Origin: Macrostomum lignano
Lineage: Eukaryota
Direction: 5' to 3'
DNA: 64,000 nucleotides
Assembly (NCBI GenBank): GCA_002269645.1
Contig: NIVC01002282.1
Coordinates: 123,234 to 187,233 of the forward strand
In this document: positions 1 through 12,900 of the stretch, piece by piece
How positions within the stretch are numbered: position 1 is the stretch's first letter
Layout: each line of letters starts with the position of its first letter
Position numbers and translations under genes: made by a program
Notes under the pieces: model-generated
Told to the model about the DNA's origin: nothing
What the model saw: the letters and a program-made list of their open reading frames with translations, nothing else
Databases searched by the model: none

Positions 1-480
1 GCTTCCATCTAGTCATAGAGGGTTAGCTTCCATCTGGTTATAGAGGGTTGGCTTCCATCTAGTCATAGAGGGTTACCTTCCATCTGGTTATAGAGGGTTA
101 GCTTCCATCTAGTCATAGAGGGGTAGCTTCCATCTAGTCATAGAGGGTTGGCTTCCATCTAGTCATAGAGGGGTAGCTTCCATCTGGTTATAGAGGGGTA
201 GCTTCCATCTAGTCATAGAGGGTTAGCTTCCATCTGGTCATAGAGGGTTGGCTTCCATCTAGTCATAGAGGGGTAGCTTCCATCTGGTTATAGAGAGTTA
301 GCTTCCATCTAGTTATAGAGGGTTGGCTTCCTTCTAGTCATAGAGGGTTGGCTTCCATCTAGTCATAGAGGGTTACCTTCCATCTGGTTATAGAGGGTTA
401 GCTTCCATCTAGTCATAGAGGGGTAGCTTCCATCTAGTCATAGAGGGTTGGCTTCCATCTAGTCATAGAGGGGTGATAGC
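1..480. repeat. 25-bp minisatellite (GCTTCCATCTAGTCATAGAGGGTTA variants), runs off the window start
   Basis: About 19 head-to-tail copies with alternating AGTC/GGTT variants are directly visible. Confidence 0.95.
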
Positions 481-1024
481 TTTCATCTGGTTATCGAGGA
501 TTTAATCTGGTCATAGTGGTTGACTCTGCAAACTGGTCATAGAGGTCTGGCTTCAATTTAGTCATAAATCGAAACGATAAATTTGTCCCTACTGTGGCCA
601 AAATTGAATTCGGAGTCAATGTTTCAAAAAAGTAGTTACTACAAACTGATTCACTAACAAACAGCAAGCTCTGAGGAAATATGCATGCTGTCACGGAAAA
701 GCGCCCCCCCCCCAGAGCAGAGCAGTTCGAGGGCAATTTTTACGTTTTAAACATAGCGCGGTGCATTCAGTTTGAGAAAAAGTAGCGTTGCAACTCAAAT
801 TCCTTATCAGACTTGACTTTTATGGGCCACTGCGCCAACTTGCCGTTTTGAGAACCGCGCATGGGACTCCAAAGCTTGGGAGGGGCGCGGGTGCTGCAGA
901 ACGGCATGAGATAAGACAAATGGCTACTCACTGAGCTTCTGGGCCTACTCTGCAGTGCGCTCAACCCAGGGAACTATACTTCTATAAGCTGGCATGTGTG
1001 TCTTACTCTCCTTCCACTCCATCT

Positions 1025-1372
1025 AATCTCTGCTTTTCTCTATAGGTCTCTAGTTCCCACATCTAATCTCTCCCCTCTGTCTCCAGTTCCCACAACCAAT
1101 CTCTCACATCTAACCTCTCCCCTCTATCTCTAATCACATCTCTAACCTCTCCCCTCTGTCTCCACTCCAATCTCTAACCTCTCCCCTCTGTCTCTACTCC
1201 AATGTCTAATCTCTGCCCTGTCTCTACCTGCCGCATCTAATCTCTCCCCTGTCTCTACCTGCCGCATCTAATCTCTCCCCTGTCTCTACCTGCCGCTTGT
1301 AATCTCTCCCCTGTCTCTACCTGCCGCATCTAATCTCTCCCCTGTCTCTACCTGACGCATCTAATCTCTCCC
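1025..1372. repeat. CT-rich minisatellite; 31-bp unit CTGCCGCATCTAATCTCTCCCCTGTCTCTAC in the distal part
   Basis: Near-perfect 31-bp copies at about 1227-1372, with degenerate copies upstream. Confidence 0.85.
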
Positions 1373-1953
1373 TAGCACAGGCACTCGAGATTAAGTGAGA
1401 GATCACAAGCACAACAACCAGAAAGCCGCAATGCCACCAGACAACACGTGACGGACTGCCGCACTGACCCCAGCCTGCCGGGAGCCTCATGGGAGTCGCG
1501 GGTGCAGTTTCATTGTGCCAGCAATCCAGGGCACTCCAGACCAGTCCATTGAAATGCGATTTATGGATTGAAAATGAAGAATCCAAAACTGGCGAAGTCT
1601 TTCAGATAGTCGAGCTGAAGCAGAGGGGTTGTCTCTTGAGTAGTCAAGTAAAGAAAATAGAAATAAAAGCTCTTCCACAACCCCTACTAAAAGCAATAGT
1701 GTTGCAGAAAGAATTTCAAGCATTTCGTCTCCCCTCCGCTACCCCAGGGCAACCTGGCCAAGACTCTTGGAAAGCAACAAAAAGACAAACAAGTCTCAAG
1801 TCCTGTTGTTTCAAACTAAGCCATTGCGCTGCCCTAAACTTACTATATAGTGTAGGAAATGCTTCCGCGCGCTGCTTTCGAGGAGTTACACAGGAAAGAG
1901 TTGAAAAATTGTCACGTGGTTTTATAAGCTGCAGCAAGAGTCGGACAGAGGCA

Positions 1954-1957
<4 letters not shown>

Positions 1958-2034
<77 letters not shown>
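1958..2034. repeat. (GA)n microsatellite
   Basis: Pure AG run of about 77 bp; it explains the ERERER tail of ORF 1489-2043. Confidence 0.98.
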
Positions 2035-2036
<2 letters not shown>

Positions 2037-2243
2037 AGCTTAGCGTCCGCCCCTGGCTAGGGAGCAGTCATCAAAAGCCTAAAAATAATAAGCATGCCCG
2101 GCATGCCATGGCCGAAAATTTATTGTTTTGTTATAGTATAAGAGCGTTCATATAGTGTGACAAATTGAATGCTAAACAGGGTGACAAATAGAGTGAAAGA
2201 CAGAGTGACAAATGGAGTGCTAAACAGAGTGCTAAAAATAGCA

Positions 2244-2503
2244 TGCTAAACAGAGTGACTACTGGATGACAAATAGTGATTCATAGAGTGATAATAGGGT
2301 GATGAGCAGAGTGAAAAGTAAGAGTGCTAAACAGAGTGACTACTGGATGACAAATAGAGTGATTCATAGAGTGATAATAGGGTGATGAGCAGAGTGAAAA
2401 GTAAGAGTGCTAAACAGAGTGACTACTGGATGACAAATAGAGTGATTCATAGAGTGATAATAGGGTGATGAGCAGAGTTAAAAGTAAGAGTGCTAAACAG
2501 AGT
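2244..2503. repeat. 83-bp tandem repeat, about 3 copies
   Basis: TGCTAAACAGAGT recurs at 2244, 2325, 2408 and 2491. Confidence 0.9.
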
Positions 2504-2869
2504 CCTACCCAGGTTGATGGGGCAGCTATGCAGAATGCCAGGAGCATTAGTAAATATAAGCTTTCCCATAACGACACGCTTGTTTGTCGAAAAAAAACTA
2601 CTCAGACCGCCAGCAGCATCAAGCAGAAGTCCCATCATTTCAATGCCCCATCAAAGCAGATTACTTTTCAGGGATCTTTCACGTCTCTAATTTCCCTAAT
2701 CTCTTTTACTCAGATGGACAACATATATACTTATCAAGCACGTGTGTTCAATACTCAAACAGACTCGAATCGAAATGAAATCTGATACTCAAAAAGTTTT
2801 TTCCGCCCTACTTTTTACATTTTACCACCTCTATTTGACCCATTTGAATAAGGATATGTATCAAGCTCC

Positions 2870-3280
2870 ACTGTCCTTCCAATCCAAGAACTGTCCTTCC
2901 AATCCAAGGACTGTCCTTCCAATCCAAGGACTGTCCTTCCAATCCAAGGACTGTCCTTCCAATCCATGGACTGTCCTTCAAAACCATGGACTGTCCTTCC
3001 AATCCAAGGACTGTCCTTCCAATCCAAGGACTGTCCTTCCAATCCATGGACTGTCCTTCAAAACCATGGACTGTCCTTCCAATTCAAGGACTGTCCTTCC
3101 AATCCAAGGACTGTCCTTCCAATCCATGGACTGTCCTTCCAATCCATGGACTGTCCTTCCAATCCAAGGACTGTCCTTCCAATCCAAGGACTGTCCTTCC
3201 AATCCAAGGACTGTCCTTCCAATCCATGGACTGTCCTTCCAATCCAAGGACTGTCCTTCTAAATCATGGACTGTCTTTCC
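2870..3280 (+). repeat. 20-bp minisatellite CTGTCCTTCCAATCCAAGGA
   Basis: About 20 high-identity copies; they produce open frames on both strands. Confidence 0.95.
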
Positions 3281-3634
3281 AGCCCAAAGACTGTTAGTCC
3301 AATACAAGGACCCCAGCCCACGCTGTGTACCCGGTGAGGACAAAGCGATAAACATTTGGCAAATCGCACAGATCGTGGGACCGCCGTCCTCTCGTACAGT
3401 ATAGAAGTGCACACGTTCGATTTGATCAATTAACAGTTTACTGCCAGCCCTGAGTGGGGTATTGTGGCAGGAATCGGTTCCACTTCCTGTTGTGACCGCG
3501 CGCTTCCCCGTTGCAGTCTTAACCCAGATCGCTGGCGGTCCAGTTCTAGAAAATATTTTTCTCGCTTCTTATTTTCATAACCGCATTGTTGTTTCCTCAA
3601 GAACTTCTGCTTCTTTCTTGGTTCTCTTGACTCC

Positions 3635-4090
3635 CTTCTCTGTTCTATCTCTTCTCTGTTCTATCTCTTCTCCGTTCTATCTCTTCTCTGTTCTATCTCT
3701 TCTCCGTTCTATCTCTTCTCCGTTCTATCTCTTCTCCGTTCTATCTCTTCTGTTATATCTCTTCTCTGTTCTATCTCTTCTCCGTTCTATCTCTTCTGTT
3801 ATATCTCTTCTCTGTTCTATCTCTTCTCCGTTCTATCTCTTCTGTTATATCTCTTCTCTGTTCTATCTCTTCTCCGTTCTATCTCTTCTGTTATATCTCT
3901 TCTCTGTTCTATCTCTTCTCCGTTCTATCTCTTCTGTTATATCTCTTCTCTGTTCTATCTCTTCTCTGTTCTATCTCTCTGTTCTATCTCTTCTCCGTTC
4001 TATCTCTTCTGTTATATCTCTTCTGTTATATCTCTTCTCCGTTCTATCTCTTCTCTGTTCTATCTCTTCTGTTATATCTCTCTATCTCCA
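3635..4090. repeat. CT-rich low-complexity tandem array (TCTCTTCTCTGTTCTA / TCTCTTCTGTTATA units)
   Basis: Directly visible tandem units of about 14-16 bp. Confidence 0.9.
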
Positions 4091-4210
4091 TTCTTTCTCG
4101 TATCCATTTGTAGCGCTCTTAGTTTATCTCTTTTCCTGCTATCACTCTCGCAGTCTTTATGTCGCACAAGAGAGTGAATAAATAAAAAATGAAAATCTCC
4201 AGAAACTCAC

Positions 4211-5240
4211 ACTGCTCGAGATCAACAATGGGCACCATGCAGGTCCGCCAGGACGCCAGATAGTCCGAGTGTCTTGGAACGCACAGCGGGTTCTGAACCT
4301 GCACAAATGGCTGCTGCTGCTGCAGTTGCTGCTTCACACTCTGCTGATAGCGAGCCAGGTGTGCAGCCGTGGCGGCAGCCGCGGCAGCAGCAGCCGAGGT
4401 TGCCGGCTCGTTCGACCCAGTAAAGGCCACCTCAGCCCGGACGCCTTTGTCCATGGCCGACTGGCTGAGGTCCAGGCTGACGGGGTTGCTCAGCAGATGG
4501 TAGGCCGAGCCGCTGGTCCTGGAGATGTACGCCATCGCGTGAGGCCGGTGCTGCAGCTGGGCTGGCAGAGCGTGAAATCCGCGGCACGTTGAGCATCCGG
4601 CTTGATGGTGGCGCCGAAGGTGCTGGGCCACTGTGGAGGCTGTGGTGGCAGCAACCGACGGTGCTGTGGTCACGGCAGAAGCAAGCACAATGGGAGTGCC
4701 GCTAACGAAGTGCACCTGCTGCTGCTGCTGCTGCTGGTGACTGCAGCTGGTGGCGGACAAGTTGTTGCGGATAATTCTAACCGCGGCCACACCAGCTGGC
4801 AGGTTGCTGGCCTGCTGCATGCTGGCAGTCACCCAGGCCGTCTGGTTGTTCAGGCGCTGAGCTGCGGTCGACGTTACAGTCGTCGCCGGACTCTGGCTCG
4901 CGATGACGTCAGCGCAGTTGAAGTCTGACGATGACCTTCTGACATTGGACTTCGGGTCGGATTGGCTGAACGTCTTCAGGCTGCTCAACAGCACCTCCGC
5001 CTTGCGGCGCTTCCGGACAGAGGGCAGGTCCACCGCTCTGCCGCTGCTGCCGCCGTCACCCTCCCCGACAACCGTTTCCGCTGGTGCCGACGACGCGACG
5101 GTCGTTGGATCGACATTCTCCACGGCCGAGATCGACAGTCGCTGATTGCTGCTCCATAGCAACTGGACGCATTCGTCATCTTCCGTAGCTGCTTCCTGCT
5201 GTTGCTGGGCCTGCAGCAGCATGCAGTGGCTGTCTTGCAT
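4211..5240 (-). CDS. Probable first coding exon of an unidentified low-complexity (Ala/Gln/Ser-rich) protein
   Basis: GC-rich frame from ATG 5240 (MQDSHCMLLQ...) with polyQ/polyA tracts and a basic RKRRK cluster. It ends at the donor CAGT|GTGAGT (GT at 4210-4209), exactly where composition turns AT-rich. Downstream exons were not identified. Confidence 0.65.
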
Positions 5241-5372
5241 TACAATTAGCTCAGTGTTTAGCGAGATTTTAGTTGCAAGGAAACTGTTGCCAATTTCTAA
5301 TACGGCCGTCCGGCGATACAGTCGCAAATGCTTAAATACGCGGGCCGAAACAAACACATTCGAGAGCTCACC

Positions 5373-5450
5373 TGACGCAGTATTGGCTGCCTCATGCTTG
5401 AGTCACTGCACCGGTACTCTGCGCTGCTATTGGCTGAGACCCGATCCAAT
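5373..5450 (-). promoter_or_regulatory. CCAAT-box cluster upstream of the 5240 ORF
   Basis: ATTGG at 5382 and 5429, CCAAT at 5446 and a TGACGCA motif at 5373, all 130-210 bp upstream of the ATG. Confidence 0.4.
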
Positions 5451-5889
5451 AGCTAATTCTCTTGATCCGCAACTCGATCTCTCCTATCGAATCGAGCAGC
5501 ACGTAAATTGCTATCGTCGAGTTTTGCAGCAATTGTCTCTTTTGTCTGTCTGTCTCCGTCTCGTTTTAGGTCTCTGTCTCCAGGGGATCGAGTTATTCGA
5601 GGCACACTTAGTAGAGCGATGAGGGCTTCAAACAAACCATTTTAACTCTGCTTTCGGGACAATATAGGTTCCATCAGCTGCAGAACGCAGTGTCTATGGG
5701 TTCAACTGAACTGCCAATTTGCTGTGAAAAATCTTAATTTGAGAACAGCTAATTGAAAACATTGTTTGATACAGTATAATACTTAGAACTGCTAATTCCA
5801 ATTCCATGGATTGAGCATTCGACTGGATTGGACAGACAGTTCTTGCGACGGTCTTAAAATTAAACTACCCGTTCAAGGATAGAACTAAC

Positions 5890-6190
5890 AGTCCATGGCT
5901 TGGAAGGACAGCCCATGGATTGGTAAGACAGTCTATGGATTGGAAAGATAGTCCTTGGATCGGAAGGACAGTCCATCTATTAGAAAGAGCCATATGATTA
6001 GAAAGGTGGTCCATGTATTAGAAAGTGCTTGGATCGGAAACACAGTCCATAGGTTAGAAAGACAGTCTATGTATTGGAAAGAGCCCTTGGATTGGAAAGG
6101 TAGTCCATGTGTATTAGAAAAATTCCTTGGATTGGAGGGACAGTCCATGCATTGGAAAGAGCTCTTGGATTGGAAGGCCAGTCCTTGGAT
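5890..6190 (-). repeat. Degenerate inverted copy of the 20-bp minisatellite at 2870-3280
   Basis: Units such as GTCCTTGGATTGGAAGGACA are reverse complements of the CTGTCCTTCCAATCCAAGGA repeat. Confidence 0.85.
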
Positions 6191-6942
6191 TTGGGTGGGC
6201 GGTTCAATCCCAGCGCGATTATGCAGGCCGTGCAGGTGTCTCCAGCTGCCATCTCTCTGTAAGCGAATAGCTTTGCCTACCTCAAAGACGCAATGCTGCA
6301 ATTCAGGCGCCACAGACAAAAGGCCAGAAAATAAGAAGTCAGAAATTTAGGATTGCGCAATTTTGCCTCAATATTCGTTTTTTTTCACGGCAAGGCCATC
6401 TGGGAAGGGGGAGGCCCAGATGCCAAAGCAGCTGCAGCTGCAACACGGAGATAGTCAAATTACTCTCTCGCAATCTGTTGTATTTGCTTTCTGGCTTCAT
6501 CTTTTAGACAAAAAAACGGCCAACATCAAGACGCCACCTGCCTGGCCGCTTGGCTTTGACCACTTATGGCGCGAGCAGAAGATTTCTTGCTTTTCCTTTC
6601 CTACGACAAACAGAGTTGACGCAAGCAGCAGGGAGCTGGACAAATGACGATTAACTTTTTTAAAAATATAACAAACCAGTAACGGAGCGGTAACGCGCGC
6701 GCGCAAAAAGTTGTTGATTCTTTATTTGAATAATAAAAATGCAGCGACAGCGAGGACCGAGAGAGGGGCAGAAGAGAACGAGGCAATGGAGAAAAATGTT
6801 TAGCAACAATAACCGGAGACGCGTAAATGTCGGATGGGGTTGGTTTAGGAAAAATAAATGTTTATTAGTAGAAAAAGAAACACGTGCTCGGGCTTGTCAA
6901 GCGAAGCGCAATCGATGTTACTGGCCAAAAGGTCAGCAATAA

Positions 6943-7026
6943 TCAGCGCATCCTGTAGCAGTAGGTCTCGTCCATGCGCGACAGTTGACCGTTGAATTTC
7001 ATACTGATTTGCATGTCCAGATCGCG
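6943..7026 (-). CDS. PRMT1: PRMT1 exon 4 (C-terminus)
   Basis: Acceptor TACAG|CGC; RDLDMQISMKFNGQLSRMDETYCYRMR* matches the PRMT1 C-terminal pattern. Exons total 366+481+134+84 = 1065 nt, giving 354 aa. Confidence 0.95.
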   Translation of the reverse strand, partial: RDLDMQISMKFNGQLSRMDETYCYRMR

Positions 7027-7141
7027 CTGTAATACATTTAAGCACATTTTTGTGTTTTTTCTCAAAAAAGGTTGCAACATTTCGAACTTTCTACTAACAG
7101 TAGCTTAAAAATAGTCAAACTTGAAAAAACAACAAATTTAC

Positions 7142-7275
7142 CTTATTTTTATCGTTCGGCTTGATGGTGAAAGTGCCGGAGATTTCCTCGCCTTTCATCA
7201 CCGTCAGGTATTCGTCGCCGCCGGCGTCGACGTAGAAAACCGTCTGCTTCCAATGCGTGTAGCGGCTATCTGGGC
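7142..7275 (-). CDS. PRMT1: PRMT1 exon 3
   Basis: Acceptor TCCAG|GC completes the Ser codon; THW loop YTHWKQTVFY; donor AAG|GTAAAT. Confidence 0.96.
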
Positions 7276-7784
7276 CTGGAGAAGACAATGGGAAGTAATG
7301 TAATGTATAGTTTATGTTATACATCACACATATTATAAAAAAATAGGAAACGATAGAAATCAAAAAACATAACTTAGCTTGTAAGAAATAAAACCTTTTG
7401 TATTAAATACATTTTGTGTTGTCGCTAGTCAGCACAAGATAATTTATGAATTTTGCCGATATGTATCGAAAACATTTAAATCACTGTTGAAATTCCATTA
7501 TATATGGAGCTTTCTAAATGCAAAGAATAAAAAAGGAAGAGTTTTTTACAAAATAAAATAAAAATAAGCTGTTATTTTATAACTAGACGCTTTTCTTCGT
7601 CTTAAGAAACGATATTTTGCCGATATGTATCGAAAAAAACTTTTTTTTGAATTTCGTTTTTGGTAGTTCAGTTCAGTTAAAGAAAATGACACAAAGTATT
7701 AAAATCTATGAAAGATATAATATGGTTGGAAAACGTTTATTCTTTGTTTCTTAAAAAATCTTATTGACAAAAAAATTTCGTTCC

Positions 7785-7791
7785 AAAAAAA
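7785..7791 (-). terminator. Pol III oligo-T terminator of the tRNA-iMet gene
   Basis: A T7 run on the minus strand begins 4 nt past the tRNA 3' end. Confidence 0.8.
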
Positions 7792-7795
7792 TCTT

Positions 7796-7867
7796 TAGCA
7801 GAGCGTGGTTTCGATCCACGGACCTCTGGGTTATGGGCCCAGCACGCTTCCACTGCGCCACTCTGCT
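7796..7867 (-). tRNA. tRNA-iMet: Initiator tRNA-Met (CAT), in PRMT1 intron 2
   Basis: AGCAGAGTGGCGCAGTGGAAGCGTGCTGGGCCCATAACCCAGAGGTCCGTGGATCGAAACCACGCTCTGCTA: 72 nt, A1:U72 pair, GGG/CCC anticodon stem and ATCG T-loop, all typical of eukaryotic initiators. Confidence 0.97.
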
Positions 7868-8279
7868 CTGCCCTCTACTGGAATTACGAGTCCGATTTAT
7901 TAGTGCCAGCCGCCAAGTTGCTATTTTTAGCACACAGCAGTAAACTGAAATCTAGTTTGGCTTTCTCCCATCCAGTCGACAGTCTCTCGATCCGGGCCTT
8001 GTTGGGTCTTTTGAAACTTTACAATAGTTAATGTCTCTTCTCAGTTCTTCTTTTTTCTCCTCTCCTCGCGTCTCTCCTTTATCCAAAAAAGTTCTGCCGA
8101 CCCGCCTGAGCTACGAGTGTCTTCTAAACTTCCCACCAACACTGCAAATGCATTAGCATCTGCCCTCACGCCAGTATTTACCTTTACTACTCATTATTTA
8201 CTTTTCTAAATCATCATCTACCTAACTTTTTGTATGCATTTTTACTTCATTATCTTCTATTGAAATTTATGACTCATTT

Positions 8280-9440
8280 ATTTATCTACCATTCCCCTCC
8301 CTCATCTACCATTCCGCTCCCTCATCTACCATTCCCCTCCCTCATCTACCATTCCGCTCCCTCATCTACCATTCTGCTTGCTCATCTACTTTTCCGCTCC
8401 CGCATCTACCTTTCCGCTCCCTTATCTACCATTCCCCTCACTTATCTACCATTCCGCTCCCTCATCTACCTTTCCGCTCCCTTATCTACCATTCCCCTCA
8501 CTTATCTACCATTCCGCTCCCTCATCTACCTTTTCGCTCCCTTATCTACCTTTCCGCTCCCTTATCTACCTTTCCGCTCCCTCATCTACCATTCCCCTCC
8601 CTCATCTACCATTCTGCTTGCTCATCTACCTTTCCGCTCCCTCATCTACCATTCCGCTCCCTCATCTACCTTTCCGCTCCCTTATCTATCATTCCCCTCA
8701 CTTATCTACCATTCCGCTCCCTCATCTACCTTTCCGCTCCCTTATCTACCATTCCCCTTCCCCTCACTTATCTACCATTCCGCTCCCTCATCTACCTTTC
8801 CGCTCCCTTATCTACCATTCCCCTCACTTATCTACCATTCCGCTCCCTCATCTACCTTTTCGCTCCCTTATCTACCTTTCCGCTCCCTTATCTACCTTTC
8901 CGCTCCCTCATCTACCATTCCCCTCCCTCATCTACCATTCTGCTTGCTCATCTACCTTTCCGCTCCCTCATCTACCATTCCGCTCCCTCATCTACCTTTT
9001 CGCTCCTTCATCTACCTTTCGGCTCCCTTATCTACCTTTCCGCTCCCGCATCTACCTTTCTGCTCCCGCGTCTACCTTTCCGCTCCCTCATTTACCATTC
9101 TGCTCCCTCATCTACCTTTTCGCTCCCTTATATCTACCTTTCCGCTCCCTTATCTACCTTTCCGCTCCCTCATCTACCATTCTGCTTGCTTATCTACCTT
9201 TCCGCTCCCTCATCTACCTTTCCGCTCCCGCGTCTACCTTTCCGCTCCCTTATCTACCTTTCCGCTCCCTCATCTACCATTCCGCTCCCTCATCTACCAT
9301 TCCGCTCCCTCATCTACCTTTTCGCTCCCTCATCTACCTTTCCGTTCCCTCATCTACCTTTTCGCTCCTTCATCTACCTTTCCGCTCCCTTATCTACCTT
9401 TCCGCTCCCGCATCTACCTTTCCGCTCCCGCGTCTACCAT
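8280..9440. repeat. 20-bp minisatellite CTCATCTACCATTCCGCTCC (PRMT1 intron 2)
   Basis: About 55-60 tandem copies. Confidence 0.95.
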
Positions 9441-9789
9441 TTCGCATCCAAATCTACCTTTCAAGCCCTAATAAACAGCCAGAAAAACGCAGATGTTAAA
9501 TTCCAAAAAATCCAGCACATAAACGGCCAATTTTTCAGGACTATACAATTATTTTATTTTTCTCTTGAAAGAAGATTTCGATATTTAAACCCACACACTC
9601 AAAAAAGCAGGTGCGCGCCTTTTTAGGCAAGATTTTTTCCCCCCAAAAAATAAGCGCAACATAAACACGTTTATAGACAGGTAGGACCTAAAAATGCTCA
9701 GAAGGCAGTCAGTCCAAATGAACAGAAAAAACCATATGAATGCCGAAAATATGCAGTGAGACACCGACTTGAAAATTCTACGAGCCTCA

Positions 9790-10625
9790 GACACTGACTC
9801 AAAAACCCATGAGTCACTCCTCAGACACTGACCCAAATACCCCAGTCACTCCTCAGACACTGACTCAAATACACATGAGTCACTACTCAGACACTGACTC
9901 AAATACACATGAGTCACTACTCAGACACTGACTTAAATACCCACGAGTCACTCCTCAGACACTGACTCAAAACCCCCAGTCACTACCCAGACACTGAACC
10001 AAATACCCCAAGAGTCACTCCTCAGACACTGACTCAAATACCCACGAGTCACTCCTCAGACACTGACTCAAAACCCCCAGTCACTACCCAGACACTGAAC
10101 CAAATACCCCAAGAGTCACTCCTCAGACACTGACTCAAATACCCATGAGTCATTCCTCAGACACTGACTCAAAACCCCCAGTCACTACCCAGACACTGAA
10201 CCAAATACCCCAAGAGTCACTCCTCAGACACTGACCCAAAACCCCAAGTCACTCCTCAGACACTGACCCAAAACCCCAAGTCACTCCTCAGACACTGACC
10301 CAAAACCCCAAGTCACTCCTCAGACACTGACTCAACAGAAACACCCAAATACCTCAAAAGTCACTCCTCAGACACTGACCCAAAACCCCAAGTCACTCCT
10401 CAGACACTGACTCAACAGAAACACCCAAATACCTCAAAAGTCACTCCTCAGACACTGACTCAACAGAAACACCCAAATACCTCAAAAGTCACTCCTCAGA
10501 CACGGACCCAAATACCTCAAAAGTCACTCCTCAGACACTGACTCAACAGAAACACCCAAATACCTCAAAAGTCACTCCTCAGACACGGACCCAAATACCT
10601 CAAAAGTCACTCCTCAGACACGGAC
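9790..10625. repeat. About 34-bp minisatellite GAGTCACTCCTCAGACACTGACTCAAATACCCAT (PRMT1 intron 2)
   Basis: More than 20 tandem copies with length variants. Confidence 0.93.
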
Positions 10626-10668
10626 CCAAAAAATAACAAAAAACGGATAAAAACCGCGAACGGCGCTA

Positions 10669-11172
<504 letters not shown>

Positions 11173-11224
11173 TTAGGACTAGGGTGATAAGGGAAATGTA
11201 CTTTTAGTAAAATTAATATATACT

Positions 11225-11537
11225 CCATATGTGCTTTCTGTCTGGACACGTGAAACTGGGATCCTAATAGGCAGATGTGCAACCGACAGCTCAGCCGCAG
11301 CTATTGCGCGGCGCATCTGAAGGCTGCGTACGGCTGTTCAGTCCAAGGACTGGGGGGTCACCACACACCCTCAATTACCCCAGCTAATGCTGGCATCCAT
11401 TTTACAACTGGGTGAACTGAAGCAATGCAGAGTAAAGTATCTTACTCAAGGACACAAATTGTTCCAGTGAAATTGGGAATCGAACCACTGACCTTCAAGC
11501 AGTGTGTCCGACGCTATAAATACTAGGCTACAACCCC
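11225..11537 (-). mobile_element. tRNA-derived SINE with a CORE-like central domain (PRMT1 intron 1)
   Basis: Minus strand: A box TAGCCTAGTAT, B box GGTTCGATTCC, then TGTGTCCTTGAGTAAGATACTTTACTCTGCATTGCTTCAGTTCACCCAGTTGTAAAATGG, which resembles the MIR/CORE consensus. The 3' boundary is approximate. Confidence 0.7.
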
Positions 11538-11695
11538 CAGGGATCTGGGTTGTTTTGTTTCATAGCGTGTCATGACACATCAACTTTCAACATTTCAAAT
11601 TTGAGTAACCTGTAAATATGGAGCCTGCAGACTTCTGCAACTTGTGGTTTAAAGAGGCTTAGCAGTGTAAAGAGTTAAGGTAGAGACAGTGATTA

Positions 11696-11897
11696 GAGAT
11701 GGGATCCATGATCATTGGAGATGGGATCCATGATCATTGGAGATGGGATCTTATGACTATTGGAGATAGGATCCATGATTATTGGAGATGGGATCTTATG
11801 ATAATTGGAGATGGGATCTTATGATAATTGGAGATGGGATCCTATGACTATTGGAGATAGGATCCATGATTATTGGAGATGGGATCTCATGACTATT
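11696..11897. repeat. 22-bp minisatellite GGAGATGGGATCCATGATCATT
   Basis: About 9 copies. Confidence 0.92.
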
Positions 11898-11943
11898 AGA
11901 AACATGAACCCATTATTATTGTAAAAAATGATAGAATTACTTA

Positions 11944-12348
<405 letters not shown>

Positions 12349-12900
12349 TCAGGACTGCAATATTGTCAATAAATATTATATACTCATAGTGCTTTATGCT
12401 TTAAGTTTTATATTAATTAATAAATATTATAAATTATAAGTCTGATACTAATATTATAATTATAAATTAATTTATAGACTATGATGAGGGTGACAATATT
12501 CTAAGGGAATATGATGAGGGTGACAATATTCTACTATTTAAACAAACTACAGCTATATATAGTTGTAGCTTAATTGCAACTGATATAATCTAAATATACT
12601 AAATCTCTAATATTTGTTTGTATGTTTGAATGTCCATAACGCTCTAGAGACTGCAATTCTTCACCAATTTTGATCACATTTTTGCCAAAATAAAGTTTCT
12701 AAAATTAGAAGTTTAAAACAAAGCTCTGAAGAAAATAAAATACCTATCAACCCCTTTTGAAGAGCTGAACACTATCCTTAATTTGCCTTTGCTTCACCAT
12801 TTATGAGAGCAAAGGCTATGAAGTCTGCCTCCCAACTTATCATGGAGATAAAATGTTAAACAATGCACCCTCTGGCTTTATGCCAATGAAAACCTTAATC

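Noticed and set aside
1-480. Regular repeat array as a possible CRISPR
   Set aside because: Units are head to tail with no unique spacers, there are no cas genes, and the context is eukaryotic. The same applies to all other arrays here.
1489-2043. 184-aa ORF
   Set aside because: No recognisable domain, and the C-terminus is a GA microsatellite.
2742-3412. Long ORFs on both strands (220, 144 and 103 aa)
   Set aside because: They arise from the stop-free 20-bp minisatellite; the peptides are periodic and lack domains.
3462-4181. 239-aa hydrophobic ORF
   Set aside because: It translates a CT-rich low-complexity array.
4269-5622. Plus-strand ORFs overlapping the 5240-4211 exon
   Set aside because: They are antisense shadows of a GC-rich coding exon.
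6240-6650. GC-rich patch with short Ala-rich frames between the two host genes
   Set aside because: No consistent splice sites or recognisable protein; it may be UTR or an unresolved exon.
8230-9626. 413-, 373- and 146-aa Pro/Leu/Ser ORFs
   Set aside because: They translate an intronic 20-bp minisatellite antisense to PRMT1.
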